A DNA stretch of 64,000 bases from an uncultured bacterium (lineage in GTDB: Bacteria; Patescibacteriota; Patescibacteriia; Magasanikbacterales; GWA2-37-8). Below the pieces are notes generated by a model, which saw nothing but the letters and a program-made list of their open reading frames with translations, made no database searches and was not told the origin of the DNA. Shown here piece by piece: positions 36,582-45,329 of this stretch. Within the stretch, counting starts at the first letter, position 1. Each line of letters begins with the position of its first letter. The stretch lies in contig CALCZC010000007.1 of NCBI GenBank assembly GCA_937903605.1, forward strand, positions 189,805 through 253,804. The letters are read 5' to 3'. The position numbers and the translations under genes were made by a program.

Positions 36582-37295
36582 ATGTTCATAATGCTCGACG
36601 CAATAGACGGAGGCGGTAAAGGTACCGTTATCTCCGCTTGGAAAGAATATATTACCTCCCAAGGCAACCCTATTTTTGATCTGAAAGATTATTGGGAACA
36701 AAACAAACAATACCCGGAGATAAATGAACTGCGATCTTATGATTTTGTTTTTACCGCCGAGCCGACTTATGCCGGTATCGGTCAAGTAATCCGTGATGAA
36801 CTTATCAGGACCGGCACAGACTATCCTCCGGAAGCTGTGGCTCAGGCTTATTCTTTGGATCGTTTGGTACTTTATAAAAAAATTATTTTACCACTTTTGG
36901 CTCAAGACAAATTTATCATTCAAGACAGAGGTTTTTCCACCTCTTTGGCTTATCAAAACGCCCAAACTCCGGAATTAACCTTTGAAAAACTACTGGCCAT
37001 GCCGGGAAACACTCTGGCGCTAAAACACCGCCCTGATTATCTCATTCTTTTGACCACCGAGCCGGAAGAAGCCATGCGCCGACTGGATGCTCGTGGAGAT
37101 AAAAAAGACAACGTTATCTTTGAAAACCTTGATTTTCAAAAGAAAACCGCCGCCACCTTTATGTCTCCTGGTTACCAAGAAATTTTTACCCAAGCCGGGA
37201 CCAAAATATTTTACTTGTCTACAATGGGTGAAATTGATATAATAAGACAAAAGGCTAAAGAACTTTTAGCCAATATTATTAATCAAAAAGTTTAA
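36582..37295 (+). CDS. tmk: Thymidylate kinase
   Basis: DAIDGGGKGT, EP, QDRGFSTSLAYQ, PD, FENLDFQ. Confidence 0.88.
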   Translation: MFIMLDAIDGGGKGTVISAWKEYITSQGNPIFDLKDYWEQNKQYPEINELRSYDFVFTAEPTYAGIGQVIRDELIRTGTDYPPEAVAQAYSLDRLVLYKKIILPLLAQDKFIIQDRGFSTSLAYQNAQTPELTFEKLLAMPGNTLALKHRPDYLILLTTEPEEAMRRLDARGDKKDNVIFENLDFQKKTAATFMSPGYQEIFTQAGTKIFYLSTMGEIDIIRQKAKELLANIINQKV

Positions 37296-37304
37296 ATAAA
37301 TCAT

Positions 37305-38072
37305 ATGCTTATCACCGCCTCTGAAATCATCAAAAAAAGCTGGGAAACATATTCCAAAAATTGGAAAGCTCTTTTGCCTTATATGGTTTTGATTTTTGCT
37401 TCCTCTGTTACTTTGGGCCTTGTCGGTATTTTGGGATTGCAAATTGAAAAATTTTTAGCCAAAGGATCTTTGATTTTTATCAATAATTTATTTATTGCCG
37501 CTTTAACTTTAGCTTTACTCTTGTTTTCTCTCTGGATTACCATAGCTCTAACCAAAAACTTAAAAGCGATTATTGAAAAAAAAGAAATCGGACGCATCAA
37601 AGAAAACATGCTACAAACCAGTAAGTATCTCTGGCCAATAATCTGGGCTTCGTTTTTACTTGTTTTGGCTATTTTGGGAGGATTTATTCTATTTCTAATC
37701 CCAGCCTTGATCTTCGCCATTTGGTTTGTTTATTATTTCTATACTGTCATTTTTGAAGAAAAAAAAGGAATTGAAGCTTTGAAAAGTAGCAAGTCGCTGG
37801 TTTCTGGAAGATGGTGGAAAACACTTTGGCTTATTTTAGCTCCAAGCATATTTTACGGAATTATTATTTTGGTTATCCAAGGAGCTATCAATTATCCGTT
37901 AATTTTTATTTTTGGTGAAAAAACTTTAACTTATGTCTTTACTCGTTCAGTCCTGACCACAACTATATCTGCTCTATTCGCTCCCCTTTCTGCTTTAACT
38001 ACTCTTTATCTTTATCTTAGTGCCAAAGCTAATCCGCTGGAAAAAGTACCTGAAACTCCGGACAAAATATAA
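37305..38072 (+). CDS. Integral membrane protein (DUF975/GDPD-membrane-like)
   Basis: Multiple TMs; ALKSSKSLVSGRWW motif. Confidence 0.75.
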   Translation: MLITASEIIKKSWETYSKNWKALLPYMVLIFASSVTLGLVGILGLQIEKFLAKGSLIFINNLFIAALTLALLLFSLWITIALTKNLKAIIEKKEIGRIKENMLQTSKYLWPIIWASFLLVLAILGGFILFLIPALIFAIWFVYYFYTVIFEEKKGIEALKSSKSLVSGRWWKTLWLILAPSIFYGIIILVIQGAINYPLIFIFGEKTLTYVFTRSVLTTTISALFAPLSALTTLYLYLSAKANPLEKVPETPDKI

Positions 38073-38217
38073 ATACTTATCCAAAAAAATACTCTGTTCC
38101 ACAGAGTATTTTTTAATTGACTTAACCGTTTAAAAAAGGTAAAATCTTATATGATATATAGTATCAAAAATACAATATACGATATACAAAATACGCTATA
38201 CGAAAATATTAAATTTT

Positions 38218-39759
38218 ATGCCAAAGCTAATCCCAGTCATCGGCCTTGAAATCCACGTTGAACTCAACACCAAGAGTAAAATGTTTTGTTCTTGCGCCAA
38301 TAATCCCGATAAAGATACTCCTAATACCAATATTTGCGAGGTTTGCTTGGCACACCCGGGAACTTTACCAGTACCAAATATTGAAGCTCTACACTCTACT
38401 ATCAAGATTGCCAAAGCTCTCAATTGTAAAATAGCTGAAAAATCCAAATTTGATCGTAAACATTATTTTTATCCGGATTTACCCAAAGGCTACCAAATTT
38501 CTCAATTTGACCAGCCAATCGGTGAAACAGGTTTTATTGATTTGCAGTTTATAAACGTCAAAAATGATCGTCCAACAGCGAGAATTGGTATTACACGCGT
38601 TCATCTGGAAGAAGATACTGCCAAACTGCTTCATGATAAAGGCGGTAATACTTTGGTTGATTTTAATCGTGCTGGCGTACCGCTGGTAGAAATAGTTTCT
38701 AATCCAAATATACAAACATCTACCGAAGCTAAAGTTTACTGTCAAGAATTACAAACTATTTTTCGCTATTTAGACGTTTCCGACGCTGATATGGAAAAAG
38801 GACATATGCGTTGCGAAGCCAATGTTTCCATGCAAGAAGAAGGAAAATTTATCATTGAAGGGTCCAATATTTCCGCGCTTGACGGATATACCCTCAATCA
38901 TAAAGTAGAATTGAAAAACATCAATTCTTTCCGCGCCATGGAAAAAGCTATTGAATATGAGATAAAAAGACAAACCGAAGCTCTGCAAAAAGGAGAAACA
39001 CAGTTGCCGGAAACTCGTGGCTGGGATGACGAAAAAGGAGAAAGTTATGTTCAACGCGTCAAAGAAACTTCCGCTGATTATCGCTATTTCCCCGAACCGG
39101 ATATCCCGGTTTTTGAACCGCTCAAACTCTGCCCCGATGTCGTTTTACCGGAGCTACCAAACGCCAGACGACAAAGATTTTTTGATGAATATGGTTTTTC
39201 TTATGCTGATGCGGATTTATTAACCCAAAATAAATATTGGAGCGGTTATGCGGAAAATGTGATGACCGAACTGCAAGAATGGATAGATTCTTTACCAGAA
39301 ACCAAAAGCGAAGATAGTATTTACAAGAAAAAAGAACTGGCAAAACTCGCCGGCGGTTGGTTAACCACCAAATTAACCGGCGCAATGGCAGAAAGAAAAA
39401 TAGATATCAGAATTTTGAAATTAAGCGCTGAAAATTTCGCTGAACTTATTACTTTGATTTATGCTAAAAGAGTAAATTCTACCAATGCTCAGAAAATACT
39501 CAATGAAATGCTTGATTCTAATACCGATATTGATCCGACGCATATCATGGAAGAAAAAGGCTATGGCCAAGTTAGCGATGAAAATAAATTGGAAGAAATA
39601 ATTTTGGAAGTTATCAAAAATTACCCGGCTCAAGTGGAACAATTCAAATCCGGTAAAGACCCGATAATCAAATTTTTACTTGGCATGGTGATGAAAGCCA
39701 CGGAAGGTAGTGCTGATCCGATAATAGCGGAAAAAATACTCCGAGAAAGATTGAAGTAA
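38218..39759 (+). CDS. gatB: Asp/Glu-tRNA amidotransferase subunit B
   Basis: IGLEIHVEL, RKHYFYPDLPKGYQISQ, HLEED, DFNRAGVPL, YRYFPEPD. Confidence 0.97.
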   Translation: MPKLIPVIGLEIHVELNTKSKMFCSCANNPDKDTPNTNICEVCLAHPGTLPVPNIEALHSTIKIAKALNCKIAEKSKFDRKHYFYPDLPKGYQISQFDQPIGETGFIDLQFINVKNDRPTARIGITRVHLEEDTAKLLHDKGGNTLVDFNRAGVPLVEIVSNPNIQTSTEAKVYCQELQTIFRYLDVSDADMEKGHMRCEANVSMQEEGKFIIEGSNISALDGYTLNHKVELKNINSFRAMEKAIEYEIKRQTEALQKGETQLPETRGWDDEKGESYVQRVKETSADYRYFPEPDIPVFEPLKLCPDVVLPELPNARRQRFFDEYGFSYADADLLTQNKYWSGYAENVMTELQEWIDSLPETKSEDSIYKKKELAKLAGGWLTTKLTGAMAERKIDIRILKLSAENFAELITLIYAKRVNSTNAQKILNEMLDSNTDIDPTHIMEEKGYGQVSDENKLEEIILEVIKNYPAQVEQFKSGKDPIIKFLLGMVMKATEGSADPIIAEKILRERLK

Positions 39760-39873
39760 GTTTTGACTTTGGTCTTCAGTCTACAGACTACAAAAAATCT
39801 GCCGTTACCGGCAGATTTTTTTATTTTACAACATTCGGAGCATTCGGATATAATTCGTAGATTCGGATTATAT

Positions 39874-40455
39874 TTATCGTTTTCCTAACATTTTCAACGC
39901 TTCCTTCATCAATTGTTCGCTGGTTTTACCGTTAGCTTGAAGTTTTTGTACTGTATCTCTGGCTTGTACTCCACTGTATCCCAAAGCCATTAAACCTTCT
40001 ATTACATCCCCTATTTCATTACTAAATCCTTGGCCCAAATTTGCACTTGTACTTGGTCCGACTTTATTTTTGAGTTCTACTACCAATCTTTCCGCGGTTT
40101 TTTTACCCATTCCAGAAACCTTTGTGAGGTAAGCAACATCGCTACGAGCGATAGCTGAACTGATTTCTCCAACACTGCCCAATGATAAAATACGTAAAGC
40201 GGTCTTCGGACCAACTCCGGAAACTAATAAAAATTTTTCAAATAAACTTTTTTCTTCTTTATTTTTAAAACCAAACAAATCCATCGCATTTTCTCTAACT
40301 GCCAAATATGTCAAAATTTCGGTTTCCATCCCGACTTTAAAAAACTCGGCGCCATTGGTATTAACCAAAATTTCATAACCAACGCCCCCGGCAGTCAAAA
40401 CTATTATCTGCTCGCCATTGTTTTCTATAATTTTTCCTTTGATAAGAGAAATCAT
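39874..40455 (-). CDS. ruvA: Holliday junction branch migration protein RuvA
   Basis: GGVGYE, VRE..LFGF, VSGVGPKTA, GMGKKTAER, ALGY. Confidence 0.96.
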   Translation of the reverse strand: MISLIKGKIIENNGEQIIVLTAGGVGYEILVNTNGAEFFKVGMETEILTYLAVRENAMDLFGFKNKEEKSLFEKFLLVSGVGPKTALRILSLGSVGEISSAIARSDVAYLTKVSGMGKKTAERLVVELKNKVGPSTSANLGQGFSNEIGDVIEGLMALGYSGVQARDTVQKLQANGKTSEQLMKEALKMLGKR

Positions 40456-40529
40456 ACTATTTAGTATAAAGTATATAGTATTTAGTATTAAGTATCCATA
40501 CTTTATACTTAATACTCAATACTAAATAC
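40456..40529. repeat. Inverted heptamer arrays (agtat../..atact)
   Basis: tagtataaagtatatagtatttagtattaagtat-cc-atactttatacttaatactcaatactaaatac. Confidence 0.75.
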
Positions 40530-41498
40530 CTATTTATTTTTTTTATTACGGTTTACCCGAATAAGTCCTCCGCAAGTCAATACTTCCACACCTTTCTTTT
40601 CCAATTCATCCAAAAACAAATTCATCCCCAAAGAATCCGAAGATATATGTCCGGCTACTACCACATTCATAAATTGTTCTTTGGCTTTGTTCATAGCATC
40701 ATCTTTCATATGCATCGTCACAATAGTACTAATCCCGGCTTTACTCAGGATCTCATAAACTTTTTGTGACGGATTGGTACCACCGGTCATTTCCATCAAA
40801 AACTTACCGACTCGATGTCGCGGATTGCCGGCAAACAGTTTCGGTCCGGCTCCGACTTTTTTTGCTTCAGAATATTCCGGAATTTCTAGCAAAACTTTCA
40901 ATAAATCATTTATAGTTTCTGGTTTCTTATTTTTCAAAAACTTTTCCACATATTGACTTACCAGGTTATCGGTTACTGTGTGTGTATTCATCAAATCAAT
41001 TTGCAAAAGTTTGGCCATATCAATGACCTGAAAATGATTGGCCGGGTGAACACTACGTCCTACTTCTTTCATTCTTTCTTCGGTAATTTGTTCGGCCAGA
41101 TGGACCGGAATTCCGAGATTTTCATAAACTTCTGTTGTCATATCCATCACCCCGTGCAAATCCGCCAATCCCCTGCCTATCGGATGATGAGCCAAAATCA
41201 AATCTATTTTTTTACCCCTTTCGTTAAGTTGAGAAGCCAACAAAATTTCCGCTGAACCAATATCAATCCCGGCCAAAATTCTTTTTACTGGCTTTTTGGG
41301 GTCGCCCAGATGCAAACGACTGTCTGCGTAAGGATTAAAAAGTCGTTCAGTATCAAAATATTTTTTATCTGCCGGCTTGAGATCCTCGTATTCTTTTTTG
41401 ACTCTGTTGAGATATTTTTTAACCCCTTTTTCCCCTCGCGGATCAGCTGCAATAGACATTTTCAAAGCTGTTTCAAAAATTTGTTGGATAGTCATCAT
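40530..41498 (-). CDS. NIF3/NGG1p-interacting-factor-like protein
   Basis: DPRG, NPYADSR, LAGID, AHHP, HT..DN, MTGGT, AGHISSDSLGMN. Confidence 0.85.
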   Translation of the reverse strand: MMTIQQIFETALKMSIAADPRGEKGVKKYLNRVKKEYEDLKPADKKYFDTERLFNPYADSRLHLGDPKKPVKRILAGIDIGSAEILLASQLNERGKKIDLILAHHPIGRGLADLHGVMDMTTEVYENLGIPVHLAEQITEERMKEVGRSVHPANHFQVIDMAKLLQIDLMNTHTVTDNLVSQYVEKFLKNKKPETINDLLKVLLEIPEYSEAKKVGAGPKLFAGNPRHRVGKFLMEMTGGTNPSQKVYEILSKAGISTIVTMHMKDDAMNKAKEQFMNVVVAGHISSDSLGMNLFLDELEKKGVEVLTCGGLIRVNRNKKNK

Positions 41499-41624
41499 AT
41501 GTGTATGTATCAAGTTTGCCTCGTGATCCGTTTTAAACGGATTTTACGGGGTATTATGTATTAAGTATATGAATTTTAGCTTTTTAGGGCTAAAAAGTCA
41601 ACTTTACTAGAACCTATAAACATC

Positions 41625-41674
41625 TTGACAAAAAAAGAAAAATAAGCTACATTATACGGCACGTTCATTAAAAA
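41625..41674 (+). promoter_or_regulatory. sigma70 promoter plus boxA-like motif
   Basis: TTGACA-N17-TACATT, then GTTCATTAAAAA. Confidence 0.65.
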
Positions 41675-41695
41675 TTTTTAACAGCGGAGAAAAAA

Positions 41696-41965
41696 ATGGC
41701 AAAAGAACAACGTCCAAAAAACTTGGCTGGGTATAAAAGCCTTAAAAAATTGGCAAAAGATATAGCCAATTTGAGCTATAACTCCGTTTACATTTTTTTG
41801 CTTTGTCTTGGGGCGGAAATGCTCCGGGCTTCAGCAAAAGATGAAGAAGATGGTAAAGTTAAACTCGCCAAAAAGCTTTCCGATATCGCTGATTATTTAA
41901 ACAGGGCTGGCAAAGAAATGGGTGAGGCTTGGGATATTTGCGAGGACCACACTGAAGAAATCTAA
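41696..41965 (+). CDS. Hypothetical helical protein
   Basis: SD GGAG; LA.DI.NL.Y..D..G.VKLA..AW.IC pattern. Confidence 0.7.
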   Translation: MAKEQRPKNLAGYKSLKKLAKDIANLSYNSVYIFLLCLGAEMLRASAKDEEDGKVKLAKKLSDIADYLNRAGKEMGEAWDICEDHTEEI

Positions 41966-42017
41966 AAAGGCGCAAAAACGCCTAGAAAAAACTTTTAAAC
42001 ATTGAGGGAGGATGCTC

Positions 42018-42227
42018 ATGGCAGAAAAAGGACCGCAGAAAAAGAAGAAAGAAAACAGAAGAGATGGTCAGAAACAGATAGAAAATGGCATAATGGAACA
42101 TGCCGGTATCGTACGCCGTGCAGTTCATACGCCGGTTTCTAAAAAAGTTATTCGTGGACATACCGGTCCGGTTCTGTCGGCCGGTCAGCAGAATCGCCTG
42201 ATAGATTGGGTTCCGTCCGGCTGTTAA
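42018..42227 (+). CDS. Small hypothetical basic protein
   Basis: SD GGGAGG; followed by terminator 42243-42270. Confidence 0.45.
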   Translation: MAEKGPQKKKKENRRDGQKQIENGIMEHAGIVRRAVHTPVSKKVIRGHTGPVLSAGQQNRLIDWVPSGC

Positions 42228-42275
42228 AAGATCTTTATACACAAAAGCGTCCCATAGGGACGCTTTTTTTATTTA

Positions 42276-42342
42276 CTCCGTGAAATTTCATCCCGATGAA
42301 AAATCGGGATGAACCTGCCAAAGGCAGGATTTCACAGGGGTG
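42276..42342. repeat. GTGAAAT..ATTTCAC branched palindrome, copy 2
   Basis: ccgtgaaat-ttcatcccgat..atcgggatgaa-cctgccaaaggcagg-atttcacaggggt. Confidence 0.8.
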
Positions 42343-42349
42343 AACCCGG

Positions 42350-43177
42350 TTAAACTCTAAACTTTTTCCCTAGAAAATCTCTAAAAGCTTTTTTATCAAA
42401 ATCCCAAAAATTTGTTGGTACTGGAATTTTGCCCAAACTATTTTCCGCTTCTATGGTAAAAATCGGATATGCTAGCCCAGATAATTTTTTTCGTAATTCA
42501 CTATAAATTTTTATTTCTTTTTTCAGATCAACTTCAAACGGTTTAGCATTAGCAACCGGATCACAATGAAAAAGATAATAAGGTTTAACTCCGATTTCTG
42601 TCAGTTTTTCAAATAATTCTTGTAAGATTTTTACATTATCGTTTATTCCTTTCAAAAAAACAGTTTGACTCAAAATCATAGTTACACCTGTTTGTATTTT
42701 TTTTATTGCTTTGTCTGTTTCTTTGCTCAATTCATTAAAATGATTAACATGCAACATTAGATAAATTGGTTTATTTTTAACTGTTTTTAAAATTTTTACT
42801 ATTTTATCGTTTATGGCTTTTGGATAAGTTATTGGCAATCTAGTACCGATACGAATCATTTTTATTTGTGATAAATTTCCCAATTCTTTCAAACATTTTT
42901 CTAAAACTTCCGGCGTATTCAGCGGATCTCCGCCGGAAAAAATTAACTCTTTTATTTCTTTATTTTTTATCAAGTATCTTTTTATTTCCTTTATTTCTTT
43001 ATTTTTTATCAAGTATTTCATTTTCATCATTTCCCTTTTTCGCATACAAAAAGCACATTCTTGGGCGCAAATATTATTTACCAAAATCAAGGCCCTATTT
43101 TTATAACGGCAAATCAATTTAGGTACCGGCATATTTTGAATTTCCAAAAACGGATCGCTGTTGTTTATTTTTTTCAT
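42350..43177 (-). CDS. epmB: KamA/EpmB family radical SAM lysine 2,3-aminomutase, N-terminally shortened
   Basis: DP..E..PVP.L..RY..R, CAQECAFC, SGGDPL, IRIGTR, QTVFLKGIND, PYYL, GKIP; overlaps epmA stop. Confidence 0.85.
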   Translation of the reverse strand: MKKINNSDPFLEIQNMPVPKLICRYKNRALILVNNICAQECAFCMRKREMMKMKYLIKNKEIKEIKRYLIKNKEIKELIFSGGDPLNTPEVLEKCLKELGNLSQIKMIRIGTRLPITYPKAINDKIVKILKTVKNKPIYLMLHVNHFNELSKETDKAIKKIQTGVTMILSQTVFLKGINDNVKILQELFEKLTEIGVKPYYLFHCDPVANAKPFEVDLKKEIKIYSELRKKLSGLAYPIFTIEAENSLGKIPVPTNFWDFDKKAFRDFLGKKFRV

Positions 43178-44205
43178 ATATTTTCCACTTGATCTTTGGC
43201 AGACATAAAAATCACATCGTTTATATCCTTGGCGCCCGTGAAAAGCATTATTGCTCTATCCAAGCCCAAAGCAATTCCGCCAGATAGCTTCATTCCACTT
43301 TGCAAAGCCTTTATAAATTCAGTATCTATCGGGAAAACTTCTTTCCCGAGTTCTTGTCTCAAATTTCTATCTTTTTCCAAATTTTCTTGTTGTTTTTGCG
43401 CATCAGTTAACTCACCAAAAGCATTGCAAAGTTCCAAACCTGCAATATAACATTCAAAACGTTCTGCATATCTACTATCTTCACAAAATTGCGACAACGA
43501 AGTCATTTGTGCGGGATAATCATAGATAATAACCGGCTTTTCCCAACCCAATTTCGGCTCTATTTCATTCAAAAATATTTTATAAAACAAATCTTCATAT
43601 TTTTCTTTTTCTTCAACTTGATATCCTTTTTCTTTTGCCAAAATAGACATTTTTTCTATATTCAAATAATCATCTAAATTAATTCCTAAATATTTTTGCC
43701 AAATTTCTTTCATCTGCATTCTGTCCCAAGCAATATTTATCGAGATATTTTTATCATTTCTACTGACAAAATCCTGACTCAAGGTCTGACCGATACTTTT
43801 GAATAAATTTTCCAAATCATCCATAATGTCCGTCAATTTTCCGGGCGAACGATACCATTCTATCATGGTAAATTCGGGATTGTGTGTTCCGCCAAAATCT
43901 TCTCTGTTACGAAAGCAAGGGCAAATTTCAAAAATTTTTTCATACCCGGCGCAAAGCAATTTTTTCAGTGCATATTCCGGAGAAGTGTGTAAATAAAATG
44001 GATACTCTTGGCCCATAGGATGAATATATCTAATCCCGATAGGATCTAGATACGGCTCTTGTGAAGCAGTTTTTACCGCTATCGGGGTTTGCGCTTCAAC
44101 AAAACCGAGCGACCAAAAAAACTCTCTTGTTTTTTTCAAAATTAAGAGTTTTTTATCATAAATTTCCTTAGTCTTTGGGTTGTCTTTTAGTTCTTTCCAA
44201 TTCAT
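43174..44205 (-). CDS. epmA: EF-P lysine aminoacylase
   Basis: LHTSPEYALKKLL, FRN.E..HNPEFTMIEWY, AERFE.YI.G.EL.NAF.EL, GIALGLDR. Confidence 0.93.
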   Translation of the reverse strand: MNWKELKDNPKTKEIYDKKLLILKKTREFFWSLGFVEAQTPIAVKTASQEPYLDPIGIRYIHPMGQEYPFYLHTSPEYALKKLLCAGYEKIFEICPCFRNREDFGGTHNPEFTMIEWYRSPGKLTDIMDDLENLFKSIGQTLSQDFVSRNDKNISINIAWDRMQMKEIWQKYLGINLDDYLNIEKMSILAKEKGYQVEEKEKYEDLFYKIFLNEIEPKLGWEKPVIIYDYPAQMTSLSQFCEDSRYAERFECYIAGLELCNAFGELTDAQKQQENLEKDRNLRQELGKEVFPIDTEFIKALQSGMKLSGGIALGLDRAIMLFTGAKDINDVIFMSAKDQVENI

Positions 44206-44298
44206 ACAAAATATTTGCTTATTTTAAACAAATATTGGGCTTTTGTCAATATTTAAAACCGCCCCTTTATTTAGGAGGCGGTTTTAAATATTTTTTAT

Positions 44299-45249
44299 TT
44301 AAGGGTTTATTTTAATCGGAACTAAACTTGGGGTAACTTTTACTGGTGTAACTCTCAACTGTTCTCTAAGACGAATTTTACTTACTTTTCCAACGACCTC
44401 CACGCCTTTCTCATAGGCTTCTACTTCCAAAGGCATATCATCATCATATTGAGCTAGTTTCTCCGGGGCTAGCATGGCAACAACCGGATCAAAGTCTAAA
44501 GTCCAAATCGCTTTTTTAAGAGCTTTCCAAAAATCTTTTATAAATCCGGCAGCCGCATGGTCGAAAAGTTCATTAAACCAACGAATCGCATATTTATCTC
44601 TATTGCCGGCGTATTGTTCACAGTGGGTTAGTTCATGAGCCATCCAATAAATGTTATCGTTGCTAAGATCTGTTAATTTTTTAGCGCTAGCAAAAGTTTT
44701 AACATACTTTTCATCACCAAACATTATTTTATAGCCATCCGTGATTCCCAGGTGAGGAGAATTTAATTTCTCTTTTAGTCTTGGCGCATAACCAAAAGTC
44801 ACTCTCTTTAAATCGCATTTTTTAGCATCATAATAAGGAGACAGGTCTGTAACCATCTGAGTAGAAAATTTTTGCATTTTTGCGCCTTTGCCCACCCAAT
44901 CCATATATAAACTAAAAACTTTTGCCAATAATCCGTTCCAACCAGACCAACTCATCAAAGTTTTGGGGGCGGTGGTAGTTTCAGCTAAATAGATTTTTTC
45001 CAATAGCACTGAAGGGGCAATAAGTTTATCATTTATCAAATTTACAATATCATCATCTGACAAAAGAGCGTAATTTACAGCCGGTAATTTAACGGTTGTA
45101 TTTTTATTCAAAGCATTGTCGCTAATACTAAATACTATATTACTCTGAACAATGTCTTGTTCGTTTATAAAGATTTGGTAAGTCATAAACCCTACAAACC
45201 CGACGGTTAAAAACAACAAAAACATTAAAATTTGTGTTGAATATTTCAT
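44299..45249 (-). CDS. Membrane-anchored HExxH protein (DUF4157-like)
   Basis: N-terminal TM; WMAHELTHCEQY ... PLEVEAY. Confidence 0.7.
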   Translation of the reverse strand: MKYSTQILMFLLFLTVGFVGFMTYQIFINEQDIVQSNIVFSISDNALNKNTTVKLPAVNYALLSDDDIVNLINDKLIAPSVLLEKIYLAETTTAPKTLMSWSGWNGLLAKVFSLYMDWVGKGAKMQKFSTQMVTDLSPYYDAKKCDLKRVTFGYAPRLKEKLNSPHLGITDGYKIMFGDEKYVKTFASAKKLTDLSNDNIYWMAHELTHCEQYAGNRDKYAIRWFNELFDHAAAGFIKDFWKALKKAIWTLDFDPVVAMLAPEKLAQYDDDMPLEVEAYEKGVEVVGKVSKIRLREQLRVTPVKVTPSLVPIKINP

Positions 45250-45329
45250 AAATTAAAATTAATAAATAATTTAAAACCCGCTTTAATCATAACATTAAAA
45301 CGGGTTTTTTTCAAATATTTCCAGGTTTT

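Noticed and set aside
33035-37295. Phage-derived or DNA-hypermodification nucleotide cluster
   Set aside because: No phage structural or replication genes; thyA motifs look canonical and starts and composition match the core genes.
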